Position numbers and translations under genes: made by a program
The notes under the pieces: model-generated
The model's database searches: none
What the model was told of the DNA's origin: nothing
What the model saw: the letters and a program-made list of their open reading frames with translations, nothing else
From: Ruminococcus sp.
GTDB lineage: Bacteria; Bacillota; Clostridia; Oscillospirales; Acutalibacteraceae
Direction of reading: 5' to 3'
Assembly: GCA_030525665.1 (NCBI GenBank)
Contig: JAUNEH010000004.1
Coordinates: 1 to 51,138 of the forward strand
Length of the DNA stretch: 51,138 nt
Shown here: piece by piece, positions 35,749-45,275 of the stretch
How the letters are laid out: every line of letters starts with the position of its first letter
How positions within the stretch are numbered: the first letter of the stretch is position 1

Positions 35749-36741
35749 TTAATTTATAGAAAAAGCGTTTTTGATTTTGTCGATTAAGTTGTTTTTTGCT
35801 AAGGTATATGCAATTTTTACAATGCTTTCTATAGTTTCAGCAGTGGCGGCACCATGGCCTTTTATTACAGGCTTTTTAACGCCCAAAAGCACAGCTCCGC
35901 CCTGAGTATTATAGTCGTAGCGTTTGTAAAGTTTATCTGCAAGAGCTTTGAAGTGCTCTTTGTCCTTGTCCTCGAGGGTTTCGGCGTAATCGTAAATATC
36001 CTTAATAACCGAAGATGCACCGCATTCAAGGGATTTTAGCAGAACGTTCCCCGAATATCCGTCGGCGGCAATTACGTCGGCATCGCTTTCAAGCACTGTA
36101 CTGCCCTCGACATTTCCTAAAAAATTCAGGTCAGATTCCTTTAAAAGAGCGTTTGCTTCTTTAATAACATTAGTACCCTTGCTGTCCTCGGCACCGTTTG
36201 AAAGAAGCCTTACCTTGGGGTTTTCTACGCCCTTTGCCTTCATATAGGCACTGCCCATTTTGGCAAAGCTTACAATTCTGTCGGCAGGGCAGTCCAAATT
36301 TGCACCGCAATCAGAAAGGCAGATGTATTCGCCTGAACGCTTTAAAAGCTCACACACAAGCACAGGGCTTATGGTAGGGGAGATAGGTTTAATTATCATC
36401 ATTGACGAAACCATAAGCGAGCCTGTTGCACCGCAGGAAACAAAGGCGCCTACGTCGTCTCTGTCTCTGCAAAGTGCGGCTCCCTTTATCATGGAGGAGT
36501 TCTGTTTTGTGCGGATAACCTCCATGGGGTTGTCGTGATTTGTAATTACATCGGTAGCATTGATGACCTCAAAACGAGAGGGGTTTACTCCATTTGCATC
36601 AAGCTCTTTTTCTAAAATTTCCTTTGTGCCTAAGATGTAAACAAAAAGGTCGCTGTTTTCTTTTAAAGCGTCAATAACACCGCCTAAAAGCTCAAGCTCG
36701 CTTCTGTCTGCACCTAATAAATCAACAGCAATTTTTATCAT
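35749..36741 (-). CDS. plsX: Phosphate acyltransferase PlsX
   Basis: IAVDLLGAD, SCGATG, DCGANLD, LSNGAEDSKG, GNVEG, DGYSGN, KGHG. Confidence 0.88.
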   Translation of the reverse strand: MIKIAVDLLGADRSELELLGGVIDALKENSDLFVYILGTKEILEKELDANGVNPSRFEVINATDVITNHDNPMEVIRTKQNSSMIKGAALCRDRDDVGAFVSCGATGSLMVSSMMIIKPISPTISPVLVCELLKRSGEYICLSDCGANLDCPADRIVSFAKMGSAYMKAKGVENPKVRLLSNGAEDSKGTNVIKEANALLKESDLNFLGNVEGSTVLESDADVIAADGYSGNVLLKSLECGASSVIKDIYDYAETLEDKDKEHFKALADKLYKRYDYNTQGGAVLLGVKKPVIKGHGAATAETIESIVKIAYTLAKNNLIDKIKNAFSIN

Positions 36742-37757
36742 TAATCGTCATATCCTTTGGGGTTATTCTTTTGCCAGTTCCAAGAGTCTTTACACATATC
36801 AAAAAGTGTAAGCTTAGCTTCCCAACCCAGTATTTCTTTTGCTTTATCTGCCAAAGCAAAGCTTGTGGCAATGTCGCCCGGGCGACGGTCTAAAAGCTTA
36901 ACGGGAATTTTAAGGGAGTTTGCTTCTTCAAAAGTGTGCACAACCTCAAGCACGCTGTTACCCTTGCCTGTGCCAAGGTTAATTGCCTCCACGCCCTGAG
37001 AGTTAAGTGCATAATTTACAGCGGCAACGTGACCTTTTGCAAGGTCAACAACATGGATAAAGTCGCGTACACCTGTGCCGTCGGGTGTGTCGTAATCTGT
37101 GCCGAACACACCTAAGAACTCACGCACACCAACAGCGGTCTGTGTTATATAAGGCATAAGGTTGTTGGGAATTCCGTCTGGTGCTTCGCCGATAAGTCCG
37201 CTGGGGTGAGCACCGATGGGATTGAAATATCTGAGTAATATAGCAGAAAGCTCATTCCATGAGGCGGCAAAGTCGCGTACAATCTGCTCTATCATCAGCT
37301 TTGTGTTACCGTAAGCGTTGGTAGATGTAGAGGTGGGCATTTCTTCGTTAAAGGGGGCAATGTTCTTGTCACCATAAACCGTTGCAGAGGATGAGAATAC
37401 AAAGGTTTTGCACTTTCTTTCCTTCATAACCTCCAACACAGTAAGGGCGGTGTCGATATTGTTACGGTAGTAGCTTAAGGGAATGCGGGTGGATTCGGGC
37501 ACGCTTTTATAGCCTGCAAAGTGAATAACACCTTCTACATTGTTTTCGTTAAAAACCGTTTCGACGTCTTCTTTTATTGCTACGTCAATTTGATAAAACA
37601 AAGGCTTTTTGCCCGTAATGGTCTCGATTCTGTCAAGCACCTTTGGACTGCTGTTTGAAAGGTTATCTGCAATAATAACCTCGTAACCCTCGTTTATAAG
37701 CTCAACTGCAGTATGCGAGCCGATAAAGCCCATACCGCCAGTAAGGAGAATTGCCAT
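36741..37757 (-). CDS. galE: UDP-glucose 4-epimerase
   Basis: TGGMGFIGSHT, HFAG.K.V.ES, FSSSATVYG, YGNTK, LRYFNPIGAH, RDFIHV.DLA. Confidence 0.95.
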   Translation of the reverse strand: MAILLTGGMGFIGSHTAVELINEGYEVIIADNLSNSSPKVLDRIETITGKKPLFYQIDVAIKEDVETVFNENNVEGVIHFAGYKSVPESTRIPLSYYRNNIDTALTVLEVMKERKCKTFVFSSSATVYGDKNIAPFNEEMPTSTSTNAYGNTKLMIEQIVRDFAASWNELSAILLRYFNPIGAHPSGLIGEAPDGIPNNLMPYITQTAVGVREFLGVFGTDYDTPDGTGVRDFIHVVDLAKGHVAAVNYALNSQGVEAINLGTGKGNSVLEVVHTFEEANSLKIPVKLLDRRPGDIATSFALADKAKEILGWEAKLTLFDMCKDSWNWQKNNPKGYDD

Positions 37758-37985
37758 AAACTCACCTCATAAATTGAATATATTAAGATTAGTTTAATAC
37801 ATATGTATCGTAATGTCAAATGGATTTGTGTTATAAAGGATGCTCTTTAACTAAAATTTGTTGGTGCGGCTTGTAAATTATATATAAAAAATATACCAAA
37901 AGTTTAAAAAACTTGAAAGATTTATAAAAATACTGTACAATATCCTTGTATATATTCGGCTATATAATTTACAGGAGGTTTTACC

Positions 37986-40900
37986 ATGCTTAGAAGAATA
38001 CTATCTTTAAGTCTTACCTTAGTTATAGCTTTAAGCGGCATTCTGACAGCGGCAGGGGCAACTGCAGATTTATCAGAAACCGGAGCGAATGCTGAGATTG
38101 TTTCGACGGGTTCAAGTGTTTACGGCCTTTGCGATGATATTCAGGATGGTCAGATTTTGCAGTGCTGGTGTTGGTCTTTTAACAATATCAAGGAGCTTTT
38201 ACCCAAAATTGCGGCACAGGGCTTTACTGCAATTCAGACTTCTCCTATTCAACCTATCAAAGAATCCACCTGCGAATCCTGGAGTACTTTTATGGGTCAG
38301 TGTTGGGTAGTTTATCAGCCGGTAGCATTTAATATTGAAGACAACTACCGTAATGCTTTTGGTACAAAGGCTGAGTTTAAGTCTATGTGTGAAGAAGCCG
38401 AAAAATACGGTATAAAAGTTATTGTTGATACAATCTTTAACCATATGGCCAATGATATGTCTGAGAATACAATTCACCCTTGGGTTCCCTCAGAAATTCG
38501 AGGCGACAGTAACTGTTGGCACGATATTTCCAAAAATATCTACGATTTCGACAACCGTTACGACACTACACACTACTGCCTTACAGGTCTTCCTGACCTT
38601 AATACAAGTAACGCAACTGTCCAGAAGCACTGTACAAACTTTCTTAAAGAATGTATAGATGCCGGTGCCGACGGCTTCCGTTTTGATGCTGTTAAGCATA
38701 TCGAAACTCCTTCAGACGCATCAGGTACTAAGAGTGACTTCTGGCCTAATGTTTTAAATGCGGCTACGGAATACGCACAAAAAACCAAAGGATTCACACC
38801 TTATTATTATGGTGAACTTTTAGGTACACCCGGTAATGGACTTGGCACAGACGCATATACCCAGTATATGAGCGTTACCGACACAGGTGCAAACGACATA
38901 AGACAGGCTGTGGTTGACGGCAATGCTTCTCGTGCGGCTCAGTCGGGTATTTCTAATGGTGCTGCTCCTTCGAAGACTGTTCAGTGGACAGAATCCCACG
39001 ATAACTTCAAGGATGATGGTACAAGATTTATAAGCGACCATAATATAAACAAAACATGGGCAATTGTAGGTGCAAGAAACGAGGTTTGCGGACTTTACCT
39101 TGCAAGACCCGAGAATATGGACACCACGATGATGGGTGATGCGGATATTACCTCTTGGTCTTATCCCGAGGTAAAGGCGGTTAATAAATTCAAAAACTGC
39201 TTTGCAGGACAAAGCGAGTATATGGCATCCTCGGGTGGCGTTGCGTATATCGAGCGAGGTACATCGGGTGTTGTCCTTGTGAATACAGGCGGCACGTATT
39301 ATAACAATATGAGTGTTCCTGCTCATCGTATGGCATCGGGTACATACACAGACGCAATTACAGGTAACACTTTTACTGTTTCAAACGGATATATTTCAGG
39401 TGATATCGGTGACACGGGTATTGCCGTGGTATATGATATTGATTCCTCAGGTAGTCTTACAAAAGGCTCAACTACTGATTTCAGGCTTACAGGTACCTTC
39501 AATGACTGGAACACAGAGGCAAACGTTATGGTTGCTAAGGATACCAATATTGCTACCACCAGTGTTATTCTTGAGGAAGGCGAATATACCTTTAAGATTA
39601 AGTGTGGCGATTTATGGTTCAGCAATAAAGGTGCAATCGAAGACACTACAGGCTCAAGCGGTTGGACAATGAATCCTGCGGTAGACGACAATTGCACACT
39701 TAAGGCAACAGGCGGAAAATATACATTTAATTTTAATACCGTTACCCAGAAGCTTGTGGTAGAACATAGCGAGACACTTGATTCGGAAGTTTACCTAAAG
39801 GGCGATTTTAACGATTGGGATTCTTCGGCTCAGATGGTTTATACCGAGGAGAGCAATACAGTTGAAGCTACCATAAGCATTGGTGCGGGTACCTACGATT
39901 TTAAAATTCATAACCGCGGTATTGGCTCATGGTACAGCAATACAGGTACAATTGAAGACGCAACAAATGAAAGCGGTTGGACAATGAGAACCACCATTTC
40001 TGATAATTGTACATTTGTTGCATCAGGCGGCACCTATACCTTTAGCTTTAATCTTTCTACAAATAAGCTGACTGTAACAGCGGATATATCGGCAACTACT
40101 ACACCAACAGAAGCTACCACTACAGCTCCGGCTACTACGGTAACAATACCTGCTACGACAATCGTTACAGAAGAATCCGAGGCATCTCCCTATTATGTTA
40201 AAGGTGAGTTTAATGGTTGGCAAGACAGCAATCCTCTGTTCTTTACAGATGATGGCGATATTTTAACTGCAACCTTTGATATCGAAGCAGGCACCTATGG
40301 TTTTAAGCTTCACAAAACTGATACTGATGTTTGGTATGGTAATACAGGTACCATTGAAGATACCACAGGCGATAATGGCTGGACTATGACGGCGGGTGCG
40401 GACAAGTGTACTCTTGTAGCCTCGGGCGGCACCTATACCTTTACTCTGGCAAGAAGCACTAAAAAGCTTACCGTTCTTTATACTCCTTTTGAAGAAGAAA
40501 CCACACCTGCTGAGGTTGAGACAACGGTTGCGGAAACAACGGTGGTGGCAGAAGAAGGTTCTCAAATTTTCTTAAGAGGTGACTTTAACGACTGGACCTC
40601 CGATACAGAGATGACCGCTGACGAGAATACCAACTATGTAACAGCTACGCTGGAGCTTGATGAAGGTGAGTATGGCTTTAAAATTCACGATAAAGGCGGC
40701 TCTAAATGGTATGGCAACGACGGAACTATAGTTGATTCAACAGAGGGCATAAGCTGGTCTATGCACCAAAGTGCAGGCGATGCTACTTTGTCGGCAACAG
40801 GCGGTACATATACCTTTATTTTTGATACAGAAGAAAAAAGACTCATTATTAATCATGTGCCTGTTGGTGCAGACCCCGGCGTACCTGATATTCCTGTTCT

Positions 40901-42389
40901 AAACGATTATACTGTAACCTTCGTAGATTATGACGGAACAGTTCTTGATGAGCAAATCGTTACTGAAGGCGGTGCGGCTACTCCGCCTGCTGACCCTGTG
41001 AGAGAGGGCACAGCTGTGTATTCTTATGTGTTTACTGGCTGGGATACACCATTCGTTGTGATTACAGCTGACACAACGGTTACTGCAACATACGAGAAGA
41101 AAATCAACGAGTTTGAGGTTACCTTCCTCGATTATGACGGAGAGATTTTAAGTATTCAAAGCATTCCTTATGGCTCAGCTGCCACAGCCCCAACAGCCCC
41201 CACAAGAGAAGCAGATGCACAGTTTAGCTACACATTCACAGGTTGGGATACTGACTTTTCAAACGTAACGAAAGATATAACGGTAACAGCAACCTACAGC
41301 GAAAGCATAAATGAATATGCTGTAAGCGTGAATGAGGGTAACTTTACATTCAATGGTTCTGATACAGTAAAATACGGTGACGACTATACCTTTACAGTTG
41401 CCCCCGAGAATGGTTATGAAATAGAAAAGGTAATGGCTGGAGAAACTGTGCTTAACGTTGATGCCAACGGAGTTTTCACCATTGAAGCAATAACAGGCGA
41501 TGTTGATATTACAGTTGTTGTGAAAAAAGTTCTGGCAGAAAACGATTTCGCGGGAGCTTCTTTATCTCTTGGCGGAAATATTGCACTGCATTTCCATATG
41601 GTGATTTCTGACGAGGTATCACAGGATACAAAGGCAAAAGTTGTGTTTACGCTTCCGAACGGCAAACAAAAGTCCTGTTTGGTGAAGGATGCAGAAAAGA
41701 TAGACGGATATTATGTGTTTACCTGCGAGGTTGCCGCAAAGGAAATAGCGTCTGACGTTAAGGCAAGGATTGTTTCCTCAAGCTTTAAAAGCGACTGGTT
41801 TGAGTATTCAGTAAAAAAATACGCAGATTATATAATAGCCGAAGCAGAGAAGGCAAAGGCGAAAGGTGAAGAAAACGAGTATACCAAGGCAGAGGCTCTT
41901 GTAAAAGCAATGCTTAACTATGGCGCCTGTGCTCAGGAGTATTTCGACTACAACACTATAAGGCTTGCCAACGAGGCATTAGACGAGACAGAAAAAGCCC
42001 TTGCTGATGTTGATTTCAGCAAGTTTGAACCTTTATTTACAGGCAAAGAGGCGGGGGTTTCTTACTATGGCTCACGACTTTCACTTGAAAGTGAAACAGC
42101 AATCAAGCATTATTTCTGTATTGAAGATGAAGCAAATATACCTGAATTTAAAGTGAATGGTGTACAAGTAGCTGCAAAGAAGAAGGGCAGTTACTATGAA
42201 GTAAAGGTTTCAGATATTCTTGCAAATAATCTTAATAATGAGGTTGTGGTTACCGTAGGCGGATTTACACTTAATTACAATGCCTTCAGCTATGGTTATC
42301 TTGTAATGCAGGGAACCGATACAGAGCTTAAGAATGTAGTCAAAGCGCTTTATGCCTACAATGAGGCAGCCGACGCTTATATGGCATGA
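37986..42389 (+). CDS. Secreted multimodular GH13 alpha-amylase
   Basis: Signal peptide; GH13 regions DTIFNH, GLPDL, GFRFDAVKH, YGEL, ESHD; four tandem repeats of about 95 aa (G.FN.W..Y.FK..W..N.G.I.D..W.M..GG.YTF); two InlB-B-like repeats (VTF.DYDG..FTGWD); a C-terminal uncharacterised module. No dockerin. Confidence 0.92.
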   Translation: MLRRILSLSLTLVIALSGILTAAGATADLSETGANAEIVSTGSSVYGLCDDIQDGQILQCWCWSFNNIKELLPKIAAQGFTAIQTSPIQPIKESTCESWSTFMGQCWVVYQPVAFNIEDNYRNAFGTKAEFKSMCEEAEKYGIKVIVDTIFNHMANDMSENTIHPWVPSEIRGDSNCWHDISKNIYDFDNRYDTTHYCLTGLPDLNTSNATVQKHCTNFLKECIDAGADGFRFDAVKHIETPSDASGTKSDFWPNVLNAATEYAQKTKGFTPYYYGELLGTPGNGLGTDAYTQYMSVTDTGANDIRQAVVDGNASRAAQSGISNGAAPSKTVQWTESHDNFKDDGTRFISDHNINKTWAIVGARNEVCGLYLARPENMDTTMMGDADITSWSYPEVKAVNKFKNCFAGQSEYMASSGGVAYIERGTSGVVLVNTGGTYYNNMSVPAHRMASGTYTDAITGNTFTVSNGYISGDIGDTGIAVVYDIDSSGSLTKGSTTDFRLTGTFNDWNTEANVMVAKDTNIATTSVILEEGEYTFKIKCGDLWFSNKGAIEDTTGSSGWTMNPAVDDNCTLKATGGKYTFNFNTVTQKLVVEHSETLDSEVYLKGDFNDWDSSAQMVYTEESNTVEATISIGAGTYDFKIHNRGIGSWYSNTGTIEDATNESGWTMRTTISDNCTFVASGGTYTFSFNLSTNKLTVTADISATTTPTEATTTAPATTVTIPATTIVTEESEASPYYVKGEFNGWQDSNPLFFTDDGDILTATFDIEAGTYGFKLHKTDTDVWYGNTGTIEDTTGDNGWTMTAGADKCTLVASGGTYTFTLARSTKKLTVLYTPFEEETTPAEVETTVAETTVVAEEGSQIFLRGDFNDWTSDTEMTADENTNYVTATLELDEGEYGFKIHDKGGSKWYGNDGTIVDSTEGISWSMHQSAGDATLSATGGTYTFIFDTEEKRLIINHVPVGADPGVPDIPVLNDYTVTFVDYDGTVLDEQIVTEGGAATPPADPVREGTAVYSYVFTGWDTPFVVITADTTVTATYEKKINEFEVTFLDYDGEILSIQSIPYGSAATAPTAPTREADAQFSYTFTGWDTDFSNVTKDITVTATYSESINEYAVSVNEGNFTFNGSDTVKYGDDYTFTVAPENGYEIEKVMAGETVLNVDANGVFTIEAITGDVDITVVVKKVLAENDFAGASLSLGGNIALHFHMVISDEVSQDTKAKVVFTLPNGKQKSCLVKDAEKIDGYYVFTCEVAAKEIASDVKARIVSSSFKSDWFEYSVKKYADYIIAEAEKAKAKGEENEYTKAEALVKAMLNYGACAQEYFDYNTIRLANEALDETEKALADVDFSKFEPLFTGKEAGVSYYGSRLSLESETAIKHYFCIEDEANIPEFKVNGVQVAAKKKGSYYEVKVSDILANNLNNEVVVTVGGFTLNYNAFSYGYLVMQGTDTELKNVVKALYAYNEAADAYMA

Positions 42390-42402
42390 TAAGAATAATT
42401 AT

Positions 42403-42437
42403 AAAGGGGATTTCTTTAATAGGAAATCCCCTTTTTC
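42403..42437 (+). terminator. Rho-independent terminator
   Basis: aaaggggatttct-ttaata-ggaaatccccttt followed by Ts. Confidence 0.85.
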
Positions 42438-42511
42438 TTATGGTTGCTTTTTGAGTTTAATCGTGATAAAATATTAATTTAGAATAGTATATTTACACAG
42501 GAGTGATTTAA

Positions 42512-44452
42512 ATGTGCGATAATAAGTTTTACATTACAACCCCCATTTACTACCCATCGGGTAATCCTCATATCGGTCATTGTTATACTACAGTAGCTTG
42601 TGACTCAATTGCAAGGTACAAGAGGATGCAGGGCAAGGATGTAATGTTTTTAACAGGTACAGATGAGCACGGTCTCAAAATTGAGCAGAAAGCCGCCGAA
42701 AAAGGCGTTACACCTAAAGAATACGTTGACGAAATCGTTGATAAATTCAAGGCTTTGTGGAAGTATATGAATGTAGATTACGACCGTTACATCCGCACAA
42801 CCGACGATTATCATATTGAAACAGTACAGAAGATTTTCAAGGCTCTTTACGATAAAGGCTATATTTACAAGGGCGAGTACAAGGGTAAGTATTGCACACC
42901 CTGCGAAAGCTTCTGGACAGACAGTCAGCTTGTTGACGGTAAATGTCCCGAGTGCGGAAGAGATGTTATAGAGGCTAAGGAAGAAGCCTACTTCCTGAAA
43001 ATGTCTCCCTTTGCAGACAGAATTGAAAAGCTTCTTACCGAAACCGATTATTTAAGACCCAAGACAAGAGCTGTGGAGCTTGTAAACAACTTTATTAAGC
43101 CCGGTCTTGAGGATTTGTGCGTTTCACGTACAAGCTTTACATGGGGTATTCCCGTAAGCTTTGATGAAAAGCACGTAGTATACGTTTGGATAGACGCACT
43201 TTCAAACTATATTTCTGCATTGGGTTACGAAAATTCAGCTTTTAACGATTATGGCAAATACTGGCCCGCCGACACTCATATGGTAGCAAAGGATATTATG
43301 CGTTTCCACGCAATTATCTGGCCTGCAATGCTTATGGCACTTGATTTGCCCTTGCCCAAGCATCTTGCCGTTCATGGTTGGATTACCTTTAACGGCCAGA
43401 AGATGAGCAAATCCTTAGGCAATGTTGTAGACCCCTTTGTTTTAGGCGAAAGATACGGTGCCGATGCTATTCGTTATCATATTTTACGCGAAATGGCTTT
43501 GGGTGCCGACAGCTCATTCTCCAACGAGATTATGATTAACCGAATTAATACAGACCTTGCCAATGGTCTTGGCAACCTTGTTTCACGTACTGTTGCAATG
43601 GTCGAAAAATATTTTGGCGGTACACTCCCTGAGGTTCAGTCAGAGGGTGAGTTCGACGATTCTCTTATTGAAACTGCACTTGCACTTAAGACAGAGGTTG
43701 ATAAGTATATCGACGAAACTCAGCTTAACAATGCCCTTGCTGAGATTTTCAAGGTTGTAAACCGAGCTAATAAATATATCGACGAGACAATGCCTTGGGT
43801 GCTTGCGAAGGACGAAAATGCCAAGCCCAGACTTGCAAGGGTTCTTTACAATCTTCTTGAGGCTATCCGTATTGTCAGCACTCCTCTTTCTTGCTTTATG
43901 CCCTCAACAATGCCCAAAATCTGGGAGCAGATTGGTATGGACGCTTCTGCTGCAACCTATGAGAATATGGGTAAATGGGGTGTGCTTACAGCCAATGTTA
44001 CTGTTAAGCGAGGCGAGGTTCTGTTCCCCAGAATTGACGTCGAAAAGGAAATCGAGGAGCTTAACAAGTTTATCTGCAACAACGAGCCTAAGGCAGAGGA
44101 AGAAAAGAAAATCGACATCCCCGAGGGTTTGGCTCCTATCGGTATAGAGGATTTCTGCAAGGTAGACCTTAGAGTTGCTAAAATTACCGCCTGCGAACCT
44201 GTTAAAAAGGCTAAAAAGCTTTTGAAGCTTACTGTTTTTGACGGAGTTAAGGAAAGAACCGTTGCCTCGGGTATTGCCAAGTATTATACCCCTGACGAGC
44301 TCCAAGGTAAGTCTATTATCCTTGTTTCAAATCTTAAGCCTGCTACCCTTTGCGGAATTGAAAGTGCAGGTATGATTTTAGCCGCAACTGCTGGTGAAGA
44401 CGTTAAGGTAATCTTTGTTGACGGTGTGCCTGCAGGCTCTAAAATCAGCTGA
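42512..44452 (+). CDS. metG: Methionine--tRNA ligase
   Basis: YYPSGNPHIGH, GTDEHG, YVWIDAL, KMSKS and a C-terminal tRNA-binding domain. Confidence 0.97.
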   Translation: MCDNKFYITTPIYYPSGNPHIGHCYTTVACDSIARYKRMQGKDVMFLTGTDEHGLKIEQKAAEKGVTPKEYVDEIVDKFKALWKYMNVDYDRYIRTTDDYHIETVQKIFKALYDKGYIYKGEYKGKYCTPCESFWTDSQLVDGKCPECGRDVIEAKEEAYFLKMSPFADRIEKLLTETDYLRPKTRAVELVNNFIKPGLEDLCVSRTSFTWGIPVSFDEKHVVYVWIDALSNYISALGYENSAFNDYGKYWPADTHMVAKDIMRFHAIIWPAMLMALDLPLPKHLAVHGWITFNGQKMSKSLGNVVDPFVLGERYGADAIRYHILREMALGADSSFSNEIMINRINTDLANGLGNLVSRTVAMVEKYFGGTLPEVQSEGEFDDSLIETALALKTEVDKYIDETQLNNALAEIFKVVNRANKYIDETMPWVLAKDENAKPRLARVLYNLLEAIRIVSTPLSCFMPSTMPKIWEQIGMDASAATYENMGKWGVLTANVTVKRGEVLFPRIDVEKEIEELNKFICNNEPKAEEEKKIDIPEGLAPIGIEDFCKVDLRVAKITACEPVKKAKKLLKLTVFDGVKERTVASGIAKYYTPDELQGKSIILVSNLKPATLCGIESAGMILAATAGEDVKVIFVDGVPAGSKIS

Positions 44453-45225
44453 TGAGTTACAATAATATTTTTGACGTTCACGCACATTACGACGACGAAA
44501 AGTTTGACGAGGACAGAGACGAGCTTTTAGCATCCTTACCTGAAATGGGAGTAAAGGCTGTTGTAAATGCTTCTGTTGATTTAGCTACCGCCAAAAAGGC
44601 GATAGAGTTTTCTGAAAAGTACCCCTTTATGTATGCGGCGGTGGGCGTTCACCCCGAAAATCTTGAAGGACTTACTGAGAATTATCTCGATGAGCTTGCA
44701 AGCCTTTATAAAAACAATAAAAAGGCTGTGGCAATAGGCGAAATTGGTCTTGACTATTACTGGGACATTCCCAAAGAGCCTCAGCTAAAAGTATTTGAAG
44801 AACAGCTAAAACTTAGCTTAGAGCTTGACGCACCTGTGGTTATTCACGACCGAGAGGCTCACGCCGACACAATGCGTATATTAAAGAAATATACCCCCAA
44901 AAAGGTGCTATTGCATTGCTACAGCGGTAGCAAAGAAATGCTTAAAGAGGTCTTAAAGCTTGGTGCAGTTATAAGCCTTGGCGGCGTTGTTACCTTTAAA
45001 AACGCCAGAGTTCCCGTAGAGGTTTGCGAGGCGGTGCCGCTTGACAGGCTGCTTCTTGAAACCGACTGTCCCTACCTTTCGCCTGTGCCATTTCGCGGTA
45101 AGCGAAACAGTAGCGAAAAAATCGCTTTTACTGCAGAAAAAATTGCAGAAATCAAGGGCATGGAAACTCAAAAGCTTATTGATATTACTACTCAGAATGC
45201 CGAAGAATTTTTCTCTATAAAATAA
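44452..45225 (+). CDS. tatD: TatD family nuclease
   Basis: DVHAH, GVHP, GEIGLDY, IHDREA, HCYSG, ETDCPYLSP. The metG-tatD order is typical of Firmicutes. Confidence 0.93.
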   Translation: MSYNNIFDVHAHYDDEKFDEDRDELLASLPEMGVKAVVNASVDLATAKKAIEFSEKYPFMYAAVGVHPENLEGLTENYLDELASLYKNNKKAVAIGEIGLDYYWDIPKEPQLKVFEEQLKLSLELDAPVVIHDREAHADTMRILKKYTPKKVLLHCYSGSKEMLKEVLKLGAVISLGGVVTFKNARVPVEVCEAVPLDRLLLETDCPYLSPVPFRGKRNSSEKIAFTAEKIAEIKGMETQKLIDITTQNAEEFFSIK

Positions 45226-45275
45226 AGCGTAAGCCCTTCCCTTTGGAAGGGCTTTTGTATAACGGGAGTCCGTAT

